Positions 6,589 through 21,446 of a stretch of 32,000 nucleotides of DNA are shown here, piece after piece. The stretch comes from Pseudidiomarina andamanensis. Its GTDB lineage: Bacteria > Pseudomonadota > Gammaproteobacteria > Enterobacterales > Alteromonadaceae. The DNA lies in NCBI RefSeq assembly GCF_009734345.1, contig NZ_CP032551.1, positions 1,890,001 to 1,922,000 on the forward strand. Direction: 5' to 3'. Within the stretch, counting starts at the first letter, position 1. The number at the start of each line of letters is the position of its first letter. The notes under the pieces are model-generated. The model did no database searches. It worked only from the letters and a program-made list of their open reading frames with translations, and was not told where the DNA came from. A program made the translations under genes and the position numbers.

Positions 6589-7962
6589 TTATTTCCCAAT
6601 ACAGAAGCTGCTAAAGATTTTGCCGAGTAAATCATCCGAGGTGAATTCGCCGGTTATTTCATTAAGGTGTTGCTGGGTGAGGCGAAGTTCTTCGGCCAGT
6701 AACTCGCCGGCTAGATTCATTTCTAATTGTTCTTGACCAACCATGAGATGTTCGCGCGCGCGCTCGAGGGCATCAAGGTGACGACGACGCGCCATAAAGC
6801 TACCTTCACTGGTGGCAGTGTAGCCAACGCAATGTTTTAGGTGTTCGCGTAAAAGATCAATACCGCGGCCGGTTTTAGCGCTCAGATGCAGTACTGGAAT
6901 GCCGCCGATATCTTCAATCGTGACCGGCTCTTCATTTAAGTCCACTTTGTTGCGAATGACCGTGAATGGTAAATCGTCAGGTAGCTGTTCAAAGAACTCA
7001 GGCCAAATGTCAGCGGGGTGTACTGCGTTGGTTTCTATTGCATCCACCATAAACAACACGCGATCAGCACCGCGAATTTCGTCCCAGGCGCGCTGGATAC
7101 CAATTCGCTCAACTTCATCTGGGCTTTCTCGGAGTCCGGCGGTGTCAATGATATGTAACGGCATACCATCAATTTGGATATGTTCGCGCAACACGTCACG
7201 AGTGGTACCGGCTATGGCGGTCACGATGGCTGATTCTCGGCCTGCTAACGCATTTAACAGTGATGATTTACCGGCATTTGGTCGACCGGCAATCACAACT
7301 TTCATGCCTTCGCGCAACAGCGTGCCTTGTTTTGCTTGTACCATGACCTGTTGTAGGCGGTCGATGATGCCTTCAAGATCAGTGGCGACTTTGCCGTCGC
7401 TAAGAAAATCAATTTCTTCATCCGGGAAGTCAATCGCAGCCTCAACGTACATACGCAGATGAATCACTTGATCAACAAGTTGGTCTATCTCGTGTGAGAA
7501 TCCGCCCTGTAGGCTTTGTAGGGCGGCTTTGGCTGCTTGTTCTGAAGTCGTATCGATGAGATCGGCGATGGCTTCCGCTTGCGTTAAATCAAGCTTGTCG
7601 TTCAGAAACGCACGCTCGCTGAATTCGCCGGGACGAGCGGGGCGTACATCGGGGAAATCCAGAATGGCTTTAATGATCATGTCAATGAGTACAGGGCCGC
7701 CGTGACCTTGTAGTTCAAGTACATCTTCACCAGTAAACGAATTTGGACCTTGGAAAAATAGTGCAATGCCCTCGTCGAGCACAGCACCATGAAGGTCTTT
7801 AAACGGCAGGTATTCGGCTTTGCGCGGGGCTGGGCAGTAACCTAGCATGCGCTCGGCGACACTGCGTGCCGCCGGCCCACTAACTCGGACGATGCCAACA
7901 CCACCACGCCCTGGAGGCGTGGCTTGTGCGACGATCGTGTCGTTCGTTAGCTCAAAGTCCAT
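6589..7962 (-). CDS. mnmE: tRNA modification GTPase MnmE (TrmE)
   Basis: G-domain motifs GRPNAGKSS and DTAG, and the C-terminal CIGK tetrapeptide diagnostic of MnmE. Conserved position downstream of yidC. Confidence 0.95.
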   Translation of the reverse strand: MDFELTNDTIVAQATPPGRGGVGIVRVSGPAARSVAERMLGYCPAPRKAEYLPFKDLHGAVLDEGIALFFQGPNSFTGEDVLELQGHGGPVLIDMIIKAILDFPDVRPARPGEFSERAFLNDKLDLTQAEAIADLIDTTSEQAAKAALQSLQGGFSHEIDQLVDQVIHLRMYVEAAIDFPDEEIDFLSDGKVATDLEGIIDRLQQVMVQAKQGTLLREGMKVVIAGRPNAGKSSLLNALAGRESAIVTAIAGTTRDVLREHIQIDGMPLHIIDTAGLRESPDEVERIGIQRAWDEIRGADRVLFMVDAIETNAVHPADIWPEFFEQLPDDLPFTVIRNKVDLNEEPVTIEDIGGIPVLHLSAKTGRGIDLLREHLKHCVGYTATSEGSFMARRRHLDALERAREHLMVGQEQLEMNLAGELLAEELRLTQQHLNEITGEFTSDDLLGKIFSSFCIGK

Positions 7963-7965
7963 CGC

Positions 7966-9636
7966 TTATTTCTTCTTGCGACGTTCCATCATGCCTTTCT
8001 TTTCAAGGCCACGATAGATCCACTGCATCTGACCAATGGTAATTAAGTTACTGCTCAACCAGTACAGTACCAGACCTGCAGGGAACCATAGGAAGAATAC
8101 GGTAAAGATAACAGGCATGTATTGCAGTAATTTTTGTTGCATCGGGTCGGTAGCAGGAGTTGGTTGTAACTTCTGCATAATGAACATCGATGCACCCATT
8201 AAAATAGGCAGAATGTAGTAAGGGTCTTTCGCAGACAAATCGTTAATCCAGAGGAACAACGGTGCATGACGAAGCTCTACGCTTTCTAAAAGTACCCAGT
8301 ACAAGGCCAAGAAAATAGGCAACTGAAGAAGCATCGGTAAACAACCACCCAGTGGGTTTACTTTCTCTTCTTTGTACATTTTCATCATGGCTTGTGACAT
8401 TTTCTGACGGTCGTCGCCATAGCGTTCACGAAGCGCTTGCATTTTTGGCTGAATCATCCGCATTTTCGCCATGGACACGTACTGTGCTTTGGTCAACGGA
8501 TAGAGCAACGCTTTAATGATGATGGTGATGGCGATAATCGACAGACCCCAGTTAATGAGGACGCTTTGTACTAACTGAAGCAATTTGAAGATTGGTTGCG
8601 CAAGCCACCACAAGAAGCCGTAATCAACGGTTAAGTTTAAGTCTTCAGCAACCATTGCCATAGCATCTTGATCTTTTGGACCAACAAACAGTGTTGAACG
8701 TAGTTGTGCTTCAGCGCCTGGTGCTACCGTCGCAGTTGGGTAAAGTACCCCCATAATCGCTTGGTCACCACCAACAATGCGCGAGAATAGTTGTTTAGTG
8801 CCTTCGCCTCGTGGAATCCACGCTGAAACAAAATAGTGTTCAAGCATAGCCACCCAGCCCTTTTGGGTTTCGCGGCTTAGGCGTTGGTCGCGCATATCGT
8901 CAAATGCGTATTTTTCGTAACGGTCTTCATCCCATGAGTAGGCACCACCTTTATAGGTTGGCATCATCATGTTGCCCGAGCCTTCAGTCATGATTTGCTT
9001 AAGTTGGGCATAAAACTGAACTTGCTTATGGCTGCCTGTCGCGTTGCGAATGGTATAAACCACGTCTATGGCGTAAGAACCTTTTGAGAAGATGAAGGTT
9101 TTAGTTATTTGGCTACCATCTTCAAGCGTGTAGTGAAGAGGTACTTCAAGCTTATCACCGGTTAATTGATAATCAGTTTGTTCTACGTGGAACACTGGGC
9201 GGCCTTGCGCTGAGTCTGTTCCATCGGCGCCAACAAGGCCTGATTGAGCAATGTAGAGTTGGTTAGAATTTGCGTGCAACAACTCAAATCGCTCTTCTGA
9301 GTCTTGAGTGCGGGCAAATTGAAGAAGTTGAGCGTTAACAACATCACCGCCGTGGGTGTCGATAACCACATCAAGTACGTCAGTTTTCACCTGCACGCGT
9401 GGGTTATTCGATGCGTTGGTTGTAGCTGGCAAACCACTGTCGGTAGATTCTGGAACCGAGCTATCAGTAGCAGCTGGAGCCATGCGTGCTTCAGGCACAC
9501 CGGAATCTGTCGATTGAGTTTGTTGGGTTTGCGCCGCTTTTTGTGTACCCGGTGCAGTATCAATAAGCCAATTTTGGTAGAGGAAAAAGCTCACTACCAA
9601 GAAAGCGATAAACAAGATAGAACGTGGCGAATTCAT
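7966..9636 (-). CDS. yidC: Membrane protein insertase YidC
   Basis: 556 aa with an N-terminal TM segment, a large periplasmic domain, and a conserved C-terminal core ([44 protein letters not shown]). rnpA-yidD-yidC synteny. Confidence 0.95.
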   Translation of the reverse strand: MNSPRSILFIAFLVVSFFLYQNWLIDTAPGTQKAAQTQQTQSTDSGVPEARMAPAATDSSVPESTDSGLPATTNASNNPRVQVKTDVLDVVIDTHGGDVVNAQLLQFARTQDSEERFELLHANSNQLYIAQSGLVGADGTDSAQGRPVFHVEQTDYQLTGDKLEVPLHYTLEDGSQITKTFIFSKGSYAIDVVYTIRNATGSHKQVQFYAQLKQIMTEGSGNMMMPTYKGGAYSWDEDRYEKYAFDDMRDQRLSRETQKGWVAMLEHYFVSAWIPRGEGTKQLFSRIVGGDQAIMGVLYPTATVAPGAEAQLRSTLFVGPKDQDAMAMVAEDLNLTVDYGFLWWLAQPIFKLLQLVQSVLINWGLSIIAITIIIKALLYPLTKAQYVSMAKMRMIQPKMQALRERYGDDRQKMSQAMMKMYKEEKVNPLGGCLPMLLQLPIFLALYWVLLESVELRHAPLFLWINDLSAKDPYYILPILMGASMFIMQKLQPTPATDPMQQKLLQYMPVIFTVFFLWFPAGLVLYWLSSNLITIGQMQWIYRGLEKKGMMERRKKK

Positions 9637-9923
9637 AAGTCCTTCGTCTCTGTTTTACTTTGATTCGTTGTTTCCGTTTCACAAGATTCAGTACCTGGAA
9701 CCGGGTCGAAGCCACCTGGATGCCCTGGGTGACATTTGAGAATACGCTTACTGGCAAGCCAGAAGCCTCGAATGATACCATGCTTTTGGATTGCTTCGAT
9801 GGCGTATTGTGAACAGGTTGGCGTAAATCGACAACGCGGCCCTATCAGCGGACTAATAATTAGCTGGTAGAGTCGGATGAAACCGATAGGTACTGCGCGC
9901 AACGCTTGCTTAAGGTTCGCCAT
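9633..9923 (-). CDS. yidD: Membrane protein insertion efficiency factor YidD
   Basis: [30 protein letters not shown]...[13 protein letters not shown] is the YidD signature. Its stop shares ATGA with the yidC start. Its 5' end overlaps rnpA by 64 nt. Confidence 0.85.
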   Translation of the reverse strand: MANLKQALRAVPIGFIRLYQLIISPLIGPRCRFTPTCSQYAIEAIQKHGIIRGFWLASKRILKCHPGHPGGFDPVPGTESCETETTNQSKTETKDL

Positions 9924-10252
9924 AAGTAATCCAAACGTTGCTGCAACTCTTCCTGAGAAAGATCAACAACACCGTTTTTTCCAATCACGATAATATCGAA
10001 TGCCGGTATTTTATGCTGTTTTAGACGAAAACTCTCGCGAATCTTGCGTTTTATTCGATTTCGATCAACAGCGCGCTTGGCTCGCTTTTTTGAGAGCGTG
10101 ACGCCAATACGAGGAAAACCGAGATTATTTGGGGTAGCAAGCATGGTGAGTTCAGCCGTGACAGCTTTCACCGGGGGATTATCGAAGACTTTCTGAAAGT
10201 GCGCGGGAGTTAACAGTCTTAACTCCCGCCCGTAAGCGTAATTCTGCTTCAA
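9860..10252 (-). CDS. rnpA: Ribonuclease P protein component
   Basis: [15 protein letters not shown] and [17 protein letters not shown] (RNR motif). TTG start 3 nt after the rpmH stop. It aligns in register with E. coli RnpA. Confidence 0.9.
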   Translation of the reverse strand: MKQNYAYGRELRLLTPAHFQKVFDNPPVKAVTAELTMLATPNNLGFPRIGVTLSKKRAKRAVDRNRIKRKIRESFRLKQHKIPAFDIIVIGKNGVVDLSQEELQQRLDYLWRTLSKRCAQYLSVSSDSTS

Positions 10253-10254
10253 TA

Positions 10255-10389
10255 TTATGCAGACAGAACTTTACGGCCTTTGGCACGACGGCGAGCCAAC
10301 ACTTGACGACCGTTTTTCGTTGCCATACGAGCACGGAAACCGTGAGTGCGCTTGCGCTTCAATACGCTTGGTTGAAATGTTCTTTTCAT
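10255..10389 (-). CDS. rpmH: 50S ribosomal protein L34
   Basis: Not in the ORF track because it is under 60 aa. Hand translation gives [44 protein letters not shown] followed by a stop. Confidence 0.95.
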   Translation of the reverse strand: MKRTFQPSVLKRKRTHGFRARMATKNGRQVLARRRAKGRKVLSA

Positions 10390-10471
10390 GACGTTACTTC
10401 CGTATTCGAGTTACCTAAAAATTTAGAGCGCGAATTCTAACGGTTAAAAGGATCAAAGTCAACGTAAAAAG

Positions 10472-10480
10472 CTATCCACA
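10472..10480 (+). promoter_or_regulatory. DnaA box, 8/9 match (CTATCCACA)
   Basis: One mismatch to TTATCCACA. It lies in the rpmH-dnaA divergent intergenic region. Confidence 0.6.
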
Positions 10481-10505
10481 AATGGAAGATGAGAATGATT
10501 TTAAT

Positions 10506-10514
10506 TGTGGATAA
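10506..10514 (-). promoter_or_regulatory. DnaA box, perfect (TGTGGATAA = reverse complement of TTATCCACA)
   Basis: Exact consensus 9-mer, 165 nt upstream of the dnaA GTG start. Confidence 0.75.
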
Positions 10515-10678
10515 GCACTCGTCGTCGATGCAGTAAATTTGTTGCAAATGCTAGCGATCCTGAGGTGCTTTTAGTACAATCAAATCAATCCAGCCGATGC
10601 TAAAAACAAAGGATCGCTACCGATCTGGCTTTAGCTATCGCGACTAATAATTATAACTGACAATATCGGGAGACAGGT

Positions 10679-12088
10679 GTGAATAAATCGCTTTGGCAAT
10701 TATGCGCAGATAGACTGCAAAGCGAATTAACCGCGCAGAATTTCAATACCTGGATCCGTCCACTTCAATCTGAAGTCGAAGACAACGTTCTTACCTTATA
10801 CGCGCCCAACTCATATGTTGTTGATTGGATCAAAGATAAATATTTGAACCAGATTAACGACTACCTAAATGAGCTTGCTACAGAGCGTGGTGAAAAGAGT
10901 CCACGAGTTTCTTTCCGGGTTGGTGGTGTTGAAAAGAAACCAACGGGTAATGGTGTAGCAACAAGCACGACTGCTAGCCGCCCAGTATCAACACCAGCCG
11001 CTGCACCAGCACCGCGCCAACCTCGCGCAACGCCATGGAATGCAACGGATGCCCCAGCCCCTGCTTTTGAGTGCAATATTGATGAAGAGTATACCTTTGA
11101 TAACTTCGTGGAAGGTAAGTCGAATCAACTTGCGTTGGCAGCGGCACATCAAGTAGCGGAGAATCCAGGTAGCGCTTATAACCCGCTGTTTGTATATGGT
11201 GGTACTGGGCTAGGTAAAACCCATTTGTTACATGCTGTCGGTAATGCTATTCGTACCCATAAGAAAGATGCGAAAGTATTCTATATTCGTGCCGAACGTT
11301 TCGTTCAAGATATGGTGAATGCGCTAAAGAATAGTACGATTGATGAAATGAAGCGCTATTATCGTTCCGTTGACGCGTTGCTGATTGATGACATTCACTT
11401 TTTCTCGAATAAAAAGGGTACACAGGAAGAATTCTTCCATACTTTCAATGCGTTACTTGAAGGTAACCAACAAATCATTCTTACCAGTGATCTGTATCCG
11501 AAAGAAATCGAGGGCTTAGAAGATCGACTACGTTCGCGGTTTGGCTGGGGTTTGACCATTGCGATTGAGCCGCCAGAGCTAGAAACACGCGTGGCTATAT
11601 TGATTCGTAAAGCGCAAGAGCGTGGAATTACCTTACCTCATGAAGTAGCTTTCTTCATTGCGAAACGGCTTCGCTCAAACGTGCGAGAGTTAGAAGGCGC
11701 TTTGAACCGTTTGGTGGCAAATGTGAATTTAACTGGGCGGCAAATAACAATCGATTTCGTGCGCGAAGCATTGCGAGATTTGATTGCAGCACAAGAAAAG
11801 TTAGTTACGATTGAAAATATTCAAAAGACAGTGGCTGAGTACTACAACATTAAAATGTCAGATATGCTGTCTAAGCGTCGCTCGCGCTCAGTTGCTCGTC
11901 CTCGCCAAATGGCGATGGCATTAGCGAAAGAATTGACGAATCATAGTTTACCGGAAATTGGCGATGCCTTTGGCGGGCGCGACCACACGACGGTATTACA
12001 TGCGTGTCGGACGATTGCAAAATTAAAAGATTCACAGAACGATTTAAAAGAAGATTATCGTAATTTAATTCGAACGCTGTCGGCGTAA
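10679..12088 (+). CDS. dnaA: Chromosomal replication initiator protein DnaA
   Basis: GTG start as in E. coli. N-terminus [17 protein letters not shown], Walker [11 protein letters not shown], and a C-terminal DNA-binding helix ([11 protein letters not shown]). It has a long Pro/Ala-rich domain II linker. Confidence 0.97.
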   Translation: MNKSLWQLCADRLQSELTAQNFNTWIRPLQSEVEDNVLTLYAPNSYVVDWIKDKYLNQINDYLNELATERGEKSPRVSFRVGGVEKKPTGNGVATSTTASRPVSTPAAAPAPRQPRATPWNATDAPAPAFECNIDEEYTFDNFVEGKSNQLALAAAHQVAENPGSAYNPLFVYGGTGLGKTHLLHAVGNAIRTHKKDAKVFYIRAERFVQDMVNALKNSTIDEMKRYYRSVDALLIDDIHFFSNKKGTQEEFFHTFNALLEGNQQIILTSDLYPKEIEGLEDRLRSRFGWGLTIAIEPPELETRVAILIRKAQERGITLPHEVAFFIAKRLRSNVRELEGALNRLVANVNLTGRQITIDFVREALRDLIAAQEKLVTIENIQKTVAEYYNIKMSDMLSKRRSRSVARPRQMAMALAKELTNHSLPEIGDAFGGRDHTTVLHACRTIAKLKDSQNDLKEDYRNLIRTLSA

Positions 12089-12149
12089 CGTTTAGTTTTG
12101 AGTAAAACGCGGCGAAGCGACAAGGAACAAACAACAGGGGAATGTGGGT

Positions 12150-13250
12150 ATGAAATTTTCCATCAGTCGTGATGCTTTTTTAAAGCCACTTCAAGTTGTC
12201 AGCGGTGCAGTTGAGCGCCGACATACCATTCCGATTTTATCGAATGTACTCATTCAAGCATCGTCGGATCAGGTACGGCTTACTGGAACAGACTTAGAAG
12301 TAGAACTCGTTTCTTCATGCGCTATTGAGGGCGGTGAAGCAGGTGAAGTAACCGTTCCTGCGAAGAAGTTGGTCGATATTGTTCGCAGCCTGCCAGACGG
12401 TGCGACGGTAGAATTTAGCGCATCGGCAGACAAAGCGATGATTCGCTCTGGTCGAAGCAAGTTCACGCTAGCCACGCTACCCGCACAAGATTTCCCTAAT
12501 ATCGACGACTGGGATAGCGATATCCAGTTGGTGACAAGCCAAGCAGTTTTAAAAGATTTAATGGAACGCACGCATTTTTCCATGGCGAACCAAGATGTTC
12601 GTTACTATCTAAATGGTATGTTGTTTGAAACCGATGTAAATATTTTGCGTACCGTCGCAACAGATGGTCACCGTTTAGCAATGAGTAGCTGTGAGATTGG
12701 TCAACCGAATCTTGCTGCACGACAGGTGATTGTACCGCGCAAGGGCGTGATGGAATTGCTTCGTCTTCTCGACGATGTTGAGAACGAAGTGAAGATTTTA
12801 ATTGGTAACAACCATATTCGTATTGAAACAAATGGGATTGGATTTACCAGCAAATTGGTTGATGGCCGATTCCCTGACTACCGCCGTGTACTTCCAAGTG
12901 GCGGCGACAAAGTGGTTGTGGCTGAGCGCGAAGTGTTGAAGCAAGCTTGTTCGCGCGCTTCAATTCTTTCGAATGAAAAGTACCGTGGTGTCCGTGTTAA
13001 TTTAAGTTCTGGTGAGATGTGTTTAACAGCTAACAACCCAGAACAGGAAACCGCTGAAGAAGTGATTGAAGTCGAATATCAGGGCGAGCCGTTAGAGATT
13101 GGCTTTAACGTTAGCTACTTGATTGATGTATTGAACACCGTACAAGGCAGTAAGGTGAAATTCACGCTTTCAGGTTCTGACGCAAGTGGACTTATTGAAG
13201 ATAACGACGACGATTCGTCGTTGTACGTGGTTATGCCAATGCGCCTGTAA
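12150..13250 (+). CDS. dnaN: DNA polymerase III beta sliding clamp
   Basis: MKFSISRDAFLKPLQ...VVMPMRL. I prefer the ATG at 12150 (AGGGGA SD upstream) to the track's GTG at 12144. dnaA-dnaN-recF synteny. Confidence 0.95.
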   Translation: MKFSISRDAFLKPLQVVSGAVERRHTIPILSNVLIQASSDQVRLTGTDLEVELVSSCAIEGGEAGEVTVPAKKLVDIVRSLPDGATVEFSASADKAMIRSGRSKFTLATLPAQDFPNIDDWDSDIQLVTSQAVLKDLMERTHFSMANQDVRYYLNGMLFETDVNILRTVATDGHRLAMSSCEIGQPNLAARQVIVPRKGVMELLRLLDDVENEVKILIGNNHIRIETNGIGFTSKLVDGRFPDYRRVLPSGGDKVVVAEREVLKQACSRASILSNEKYRGVRVNLSSGEMCLTANNPEQETAEEVIEVEYQGEPLEIGFNVSYLIDVLNTVQGSKVKFTLSGSDASGLIEDNDDDSSLYVVMPMRL

Positions 13251-13268
13251 AAGGCGCATTGCTGTCGT

Positions 13269-16783
<3,515 letters not shown>

Positions 16784-16798
16784 TCACGTCCTAGTGAA

Positions 16799-16835
16799 CA
16801 AAAAAGGGAGCCAATCGGCTCCCTTTTTTATTTTT
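16799..16835. terminator. Bidirectional rho-independent terminator between gyrB and glyS
   Basis: GGGAGCC (16806-16812) / GGCTCCC (16817-16823) with a 4-nt loop. An A-run lies before it and TTTTTTATTTTT after it. Confidence 0.85.
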
Positions 16836-16890
16836 GGAAACAAAGAATCTAGGCCAGTTATCAAGTAACCTGAATCTTATGCGTCTTAGT

Positions 16891-18957
16891 TTAATTTAAA
16901 ACCGAAATATCCGCAATTTGTAAGAACAACTCACGGAGATTTTGTAGCAAAGCGAGTCGATTCTGTCGTACTGCATCGTCATCCGCGTTTACCATCACGT
17001 TATCAAAGAAGGTATCTACCGGTTCTTGTAACGACGCAAGCGAAGTAAGTGCGGCGGTATAGTTACCAGCCTTTAAAGCACCCTCAGAGGCCTCTCTAGC
17101 ATCATTAATCGCGTCACTTAATGCACGTTCTGCACCTTCCACCAGCAAGTTAGTATCTACCGTCGTTGGCAGAGAACCTTCAACTTTCGCCAAAATATTG
17201 CTTACACGCTTATTCGCTGCTGCGAGCGCTTCTGCTGCTGAATGACTTCTAAACTCAGTCACAGCTTTCACTCGAAGATCAAAATCAACAGGCTTGGTAG
17301 GGCGTCGCGCAAGTACTGCTTGAATAACGTCTACTGCGATACCCTGTTCTTGATACCAAGTACGGAAGCGGCCTAGCAAGAAATCGACTACATCTTGTTG
17401 AACATCTTTCGCTGTTAACAGCGTTCCAAAGCTCTCTGCCGACTGTTTAACTAATACTTCTAAATCTAGGTTATAGCCGCCTTCAACAATAATCCGTAAC
17501 AAACCGATTGCGGCACGACGTAGTGCAAATGGGTCGCGGTCACCTTTTGGCGTTTGGCCAATACCGAAAATACCCACCAAGGTATCGAGCTTATCCGCAA
17601 TTGCAACGGCTGCACCTTCTGGCGATTGTGGCAAATTATCACCGGCAAAGCGTGGCAAATAATGCTCAAAAATTGCTTGCGGTACACCAGCGGCTTCGCC
17701 GTCGTGACGCGCATAATGCATACCCATCACACCCTGAGTCTCAGGGAATTCTAATACCATTTGCGAGGCGAGGTCGGCCTTACATAAATAGCCAGCACGT
17801 TCTGCAACTGACGCATTAGCACTTAAATCTGCTGCAATTAAAGCTGCAACCTTTGCAATGCGATCAGATTTGTCCTTAATAGAACCAAGCTGTTTCTGAA
17901 ACAAAATGTTAGCTAGGCCATCAACCCGATCAGCTAAACGAACCTTTTTGTCCGATTCAAAGAAAAACTGTGCATCGGCTAGGCGAGGGCGCACCACTTT
18001 TTCATTACCAGAAGTGATTTGCGCCGGGTCTTTCGACTCAATGTTGGTAATAAAGATAAACGCCGGTAGCAAGTTGCCTTGTTCGTCCTCAAGCGGGAAA
18101 TAACGCTGATCGTCTTTCATTGTCACAATCAACGGCTCTTTAGGAACCGATAAGAATGACTCATCAAACGAAGCTGACAATGCCACCGGCCATTCTACTA
18201 ACGCGGTAACTTCGTCAATTAAATCGGCGTCTTCAACAACGCGGCCGCCCAGTTCTTTGGCTAACGTAGCAATACCAGATACGATCATTTCACGGCGCTT
18301 TGCGAAATCACCCACAACCCAAACCGACTCGAGAGCTGCTTCATAGCTATCAGCGCTCTTTAACGCCGTACCTTGAGGAGCGTGAAAACGATGTCCTTGA
18401 ATATGATTATTAGAGCTCACGTCTAAAATGGTGCCTGGAATCAAATCTGAACCGTACATCATGGTGACTGTTTTAACGGGGCGAATAAATTGCGCGGTGC
18501 CGTTACCCCAGCGCATGGGCTTAGGAATCGGTAACTTTTTCAATGCCGCAGCCACAAGTTCGGGCAATACTTCCGCCAGAGGCTGGCCTTGAACTTCAGC
18601 TTTATAAAGCAGCCATTCGCCTTTATCCGTCACTAACCGTTCAGCTTCTGCAACGGTAATCCCGTTGCCGCGCGCCCAACCTTCGGCTGCTTTAGTCGGA
18701 TTTCCGGCGTCATCAAAGGCAACATTGACCGCAGGGCCACGCTTCTCAACGACTTTATCAGTTTGTTGCGAGGCCAATTTTTCTACTTGAATAGCTAATC
18801 GACGCGGCGTTGCAAACGATTTCACGCTCTCAAAACTGAAGTCATTTTCTTTTAACAAGTTACTCAAGCTCTCAGTAAAGGATTCGCTTAAGCCTTTCAA
18901 TGCTTTCGGAGGTAGCTCTTCAGTGCCAATTTCAACTAATAACGTATCGTAGCGCAC
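16891..18957 (-). CDS. glyS: Glycine--tRNA ligase beta subunit
   Basis: 688 aa. N-terminus ...[15 protein letters not shown], as in E. coli GlyS. GTG start 2 nt after the glyQ stop. Confidence 0.95.
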   Translation of the reverse strand: MRYDTLLVEIGTEELPPKALKGLSESFTESLSNLLKENDFSFESVKSFATPRRLAIQVEKLASQQTDKVVEKRGPAVNVAFDDAGNPTKAAEGWARGNGITVAEAERLVTDKGEWLLYKAEVQGQPLAEVLPELVAAALKKLPIPKPMRWGNGTAQFIRPVKTVTMMYGSDLIPGTILDVSSNNHIQGHRFHAPQGTALKSADSYEAALESVWVVGDFAKRREMIVSGIATLAKELGGRVVEDADLIDEVTALVEWPVALSASFDESFLSVPKEPLIVTMKDDQRYFPLEDEQGNLLPAFIFITNIESKDPAQITSGNEKVVRPRLADAQFFFESDKKVRLADRVDGLANILFQKQLGSIKDKSDRIAKVAALIAADLSANASVAERAGYLCKADLASQMVLEFPETQGVMGMHYARHDGEAAGVPQAIFEHYLPRFAGDNLPQSPEGAAVAIADKLDTLVGIFGIGQTPKGDRDPFALRRAAIGLLRIIVEGGYNLDLEVLVKQSAESFGTLLTAKDVQQDVVDFLLGRFRTWYQEQGIAVDVIQAVLARRPTKPVDFDLRVKAVTEFRSHSAAEALAAANKRVSNILAKVEGSLPTTVDTNLLVEGAERALSDAINDAREASEGALKAGNYTAALTSLASLQEPVDTFFDNVMVNADDDAVRQNRLALLQNLRELFLQIADISVLN

Positions 18958-18959
18958 GG

Positions 18960-19883
18960 TTAAGCTCCTTCTTTCACTGCAGAATGGTTTTGAACTAGTG
19001 GAAAACCTAATGCTTCGCGGGCTGCAAAGTAGGCTTCAGCGCAACCTTTCGCCATGGTGCGAACGCGCAAAATATAGCGTTGACGTTCGGTTACCGAAAT
19101 GGCGTGGCGAGCATCGAGTAAATTAAACGCATGTGACGCTCGCATGACTTGCTCATAGGCCGGTAGCGGTAAGTTGACAGATAGTAAGTGCTCACATTCC
19201 TTTTCGCACGAATCAAAGCGCGCAAACAAAACATCCACATCGGCGTGCTCAAAATTGTAAGTAGATTGTTCTACTTCGTTTTGATGGAACACATCGCCAT
19301 AAAGAGTCTTACCGCGTGGACCGTCTGTCCATACCAGATCATAAATACTATCGACGCCTTGAATATACATTGCGAGGCGCTCAAGACCATAGGTTATCTC
19401 GCCGGCAACTGGTTTACACTCAAGGCCACCAACTTGCTGGAAGTAGGTAAACTGGGTGACTTCCATACCGTTCAACCAAACCTCCCAGCCTAAGCCCCAA
19501 GCACCTAACGTCGGTGATTCCCAGTTGTCTTCAACAAAGCGAATATCATGAACTAATGGATCAAACCCAAGCATTTCGAGCGAGCCCAAATACAGTTCTT
19601 GGATATTCGACGGTGACGGCTTTAGAAGCACTTGGAATTGATAATAGTGCTGAAGACGATTCGGGTTCTCGCCATAACGGCCATCCGTAGGACGACGGCA
19701 CGGTTGCACATAAGCAAAGCTAGCCGGCTCTGGGCCAACCGAGCGCAAGAACGTCATTGGGTGGAATGTGCCTGCGCCCACTTCCATATCCAACGGTTGT
19801 ACCACAGCGCAACCTTGCTGCGCCCAGTAATCTTGGAGGGCTAAAATGAGACCCTGAAATGTTTTTACATCGTAGCTAGCCAT
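18960..19883 (-). CDS. glyQ: Glycine--tRNA ligase alpha subunit
   Basis: 307 aa. [18 protein letters not shown] is nearly identical to the E. coli GlyQ N-terminus. Confidence 0.95.
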   Translation of the reverse strand: MASYDVKTFQGLILALQDYWAQQGCAVVQPLDMEVGAGTFHPMTFLRSVGPEPASFAYVQPCRRPTDGRYGENPNRLQHYYQFQVLLKPSPSNIQELYLGSLEMLGFDPLVHDIRFVEDNWESPTLGAWGLGWEVWLNGMEVTQFTYFQQVGGLECKPVAGEITYGLERLAMYIQGVDSIYDLVWTDGPRGKTLYGDVFHQNEVEQSTYNFEHADVDVLFARFDSCEKECEHLLSVNLPLPAYEQVMRASHAFNLLDARHAISVTERQRYILRVRTMAKGCAEAYFAAREALGFPLVQNHSAVKEGA

Positions 19884-19965
19884 GCGATATCTCGTGCTGA
19901 TTTTTAAACCAAATTGGCGTAAATTATACCCTGTGTTGACGCGAGGTTACAGGATACCGTGCGAA

Positions 19966-20559
19966 ATGACGAAAACAATTAACCGCTGCAGTTGGTGTGG
20001 CACTGACCCTGAGTATGTTCGCTACCATGACAACGTGTGGGGGCGCCCAGTAAGCGACAGCCAAGAGCTGTTTGCGAAATTGTGCCTTGATGGTCAACAA
20101 GCGGGTTTAAGCTGGATCACGATTTTACGCAAACAAGCCAATTATGAAGAAGCCTTTTGCGACTTTAATCCCTATGAAATTGTTCGATTGCCCAAAGACT
20201 ATCAAGCTGAATTAATGCAAAATGCGGGCATTATTCGCAATCGCTTGAAAATAGAATCAATCTTTAAGAATGCGCGCGCTTACCTCGAACTCGAAGAACA
20301 GGGTATTCATTTTAACGAGTTTCTTTGGCAATTCAGCGATGGGCAGCCCAGAATTTTCGCTCGACAGGGTGGTGACATTCCCACTTCCGACGAAGTTTCT
20401 GATACCATGGCGAAAGCCTTAAAAAAAGCTGGTTTTAGCTTTGTTGGTACCACAATTTGTTATGCTTTTATGCAAGCGGTGGGAATGGTTAACGACCACG
20501 TTGTTAATTGTCATTGCTATGAACCAACCTGCGACGCCATGCGCCGTTTCTCATTATAG
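19966..20559 (+). CDS. tag: DNA-3-methyladenine glycosylase I
   Basis: The start is trimmed to the ATG at 19966 (MTKTINRCSWCGTDPEYVRYHDNVWG). It aligns from residue 1 with E. coli Tag, including QAGLSWITILRK and VGTTICYAFMQAVGMVNDH. Confidence 0.9.
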   Translation: MTKTINRCSWCGTDPEYVRYHDNVWGRPVSDSQELFAKLCLDGQQAGLSWITILRKQANYEEAFCDFNPYEIVRLPKDYQAELMQNAGIIRNRLKIESIFKNARAYLELEEQGIHFNEFLWQFSDGQPRIFARQGGDIPTSDEVSDTMAKALKKAGFSFVGTTICYAFMQAVGMVNDHVVNCHCYEPTCDAMRRFSL

Positions 20560-20572
20560 ATAAGAGTTGATC

Positions 20573-21052
20573 ATGTTAGAGATTGTACTTGCTGATTATA
20601 GTAATCCGAAACACCGTCAAGCCGTTGTTGATATGTTAGATGACTACGCCCGCGATCCGATGGGTGGGGGCGAGGCGCTACCAGAAGCAACACGGGAAAA
20701 TTTGATTGATGAAATGGCGAAGCGTGACCACGTCTTTTCAATTCTTGCTTACGTTGATGACCAACCGGTAGGTTTAGCGAATTGCGTTGAAGGTTTCTCG
20801 ACATTTGCGGCAAAGCCTGTGATGAATATTCATGATATCGCGGTCATAAAAGACTTTCGCGGCCAAGGTATTTCCAAGCGCCTATTGCAAGAAGTCGAAA
20901 CACTGGCTCAATTCCGTGGTTGCTGCAAGCTTACCTTGGAAGTATTACAAGGCAACGAACCAGCAAAAATCGCTTACGAAAAATTCGGCTTTAAACCTTA
21001 TCAGCTTGATGATGCGATGGGTAAAGCAGAATTCTGGCAGAAATACCTGTAA
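20573..21052 (+). CDS. GNAT family N-acetyltransferase (positionally like E. coli yiaC, next to tag)
   Basis: Acetyl-CoA motif A, IAVIKDFRGQGISKRLL. AAGAG SD before the ATG at 20573. The tag-GNAT adjacency matches E. coli tag-yiaC. Confidence 0.75.
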   Translation: MLEIVLADYSNPKHRQAVVDMLDDYARDPMGGGEALPEATRENLIDEMAKRDHVFSILAYVDDQPVGLANCVEGFSTFAAKPVMNIHDIAVIKDFRGQGISKRLLQEVETLAQFRGCCKLTLEVLQGNEPAKIAYEKFGFKPYQLDDAMGKAEFWQKYL

Positions 21053-21056
21053 GTGA

Positions 21057-21087
21057 CGTTGTTCGTTAGTTGTTATTGGTTATTCGT
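21057..21087. repeat. Left arm of the inverted repeat bounding the tusA segment
   Basis: CGTTGTTCGTTA[GTTGTTA]TTGGTTATTCGT. Without the bracketed 7 nt it is the exact reverse complement of 21447-21470. Confidence 0.8.
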
Positions 21088-21104
21088 AGAGCAGGAAAGA
21101 GAGC

Positions 21105-21341
21105 ATGGCTGATGGAGTGAGTTCACAGCTTGATACTTTGGGGCTGCGGTGCCCGGAACCGGTGATGATGCTGCGCGTGGCGATGCGCAAACTGAACCCC
21201 GGCGATACGCTGGAGGTGATTGCTGATGATCCCGCCACCACTCGTGATATTCCGAGCTTTTGCCGCTTTATGGATCACGAGCTGCTGGTGGCGGAAACAG
21301 AAAGCCAGCCATATCGCTACCTCATCCGCAAAGGCTCTTAA
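21105..21341 (+). CDS. tusA: Sulfurtransferase TusA
   Basis: 78 aa. [16 protein letters not shown] (catalytic Cys), [10 protein letters not shown] and PYRYLIRKG closely match E. coli TusA. Confidence 0.9.
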   Translation: MADGVSSQLDTLGLRCPEPVMMLRVAMRKLNPGDTLEVIADDPATTRDIPSFCRFMDHELLVAETESQPYRYLIRKGS

Positions 21342-21380
21342 AACCAACAACGTTATTCGATAATCGTTAATCGTTGTTCG

Positions 21381-21418
21381 AAAAAAAACTCCGAAGCTTT
21401 TAAGCCTCGGAGTTTTTT
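21381..21418. terminator. Bidirectional rho-independent terminator between tusA and fadA
   Basis: AAAAAAAA, then CTCCGAAGC...GCCTCGGAG (one internal mismatch), then TTTTTT. Confidence 0.7.
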
Positions 21419-21446
21419 AAGTTTTGCTTCTTGGCTTTTCCGAATC

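Noticed and set aside
9400-9546. A low-complexity Q/T/S-rich stretch with three TDS[GS][VL]P repeats near the YidC N-terminus. The Pro/Ala-rich DnaA linker at about 10950-11070 is similar.
   Set aside because: E. coli YidC and DnaA carry comparable variable linkers at the same positions. This looks like ordinary linker drift.
9860-9923. The 64-nt rnpA/yidD coding overlap as something unusual
   Set aside because: The YidD start aligns with E. coli YidD, and overlap of yidD with the rnpA 3' end is a known feature of this operon. The only difference here is a roughly 10-aa longer RnpA tail.
10390-10678. oriC in the rpmH-dnaA gap, as in Pseudomonas
   Set aside because: There are only two DnaA boxes, no AT-rich repeat unwinding element, and the gap is only 289 bp. 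This fits a dnaA promoter better. It cannot be settled without the whole chromosome.
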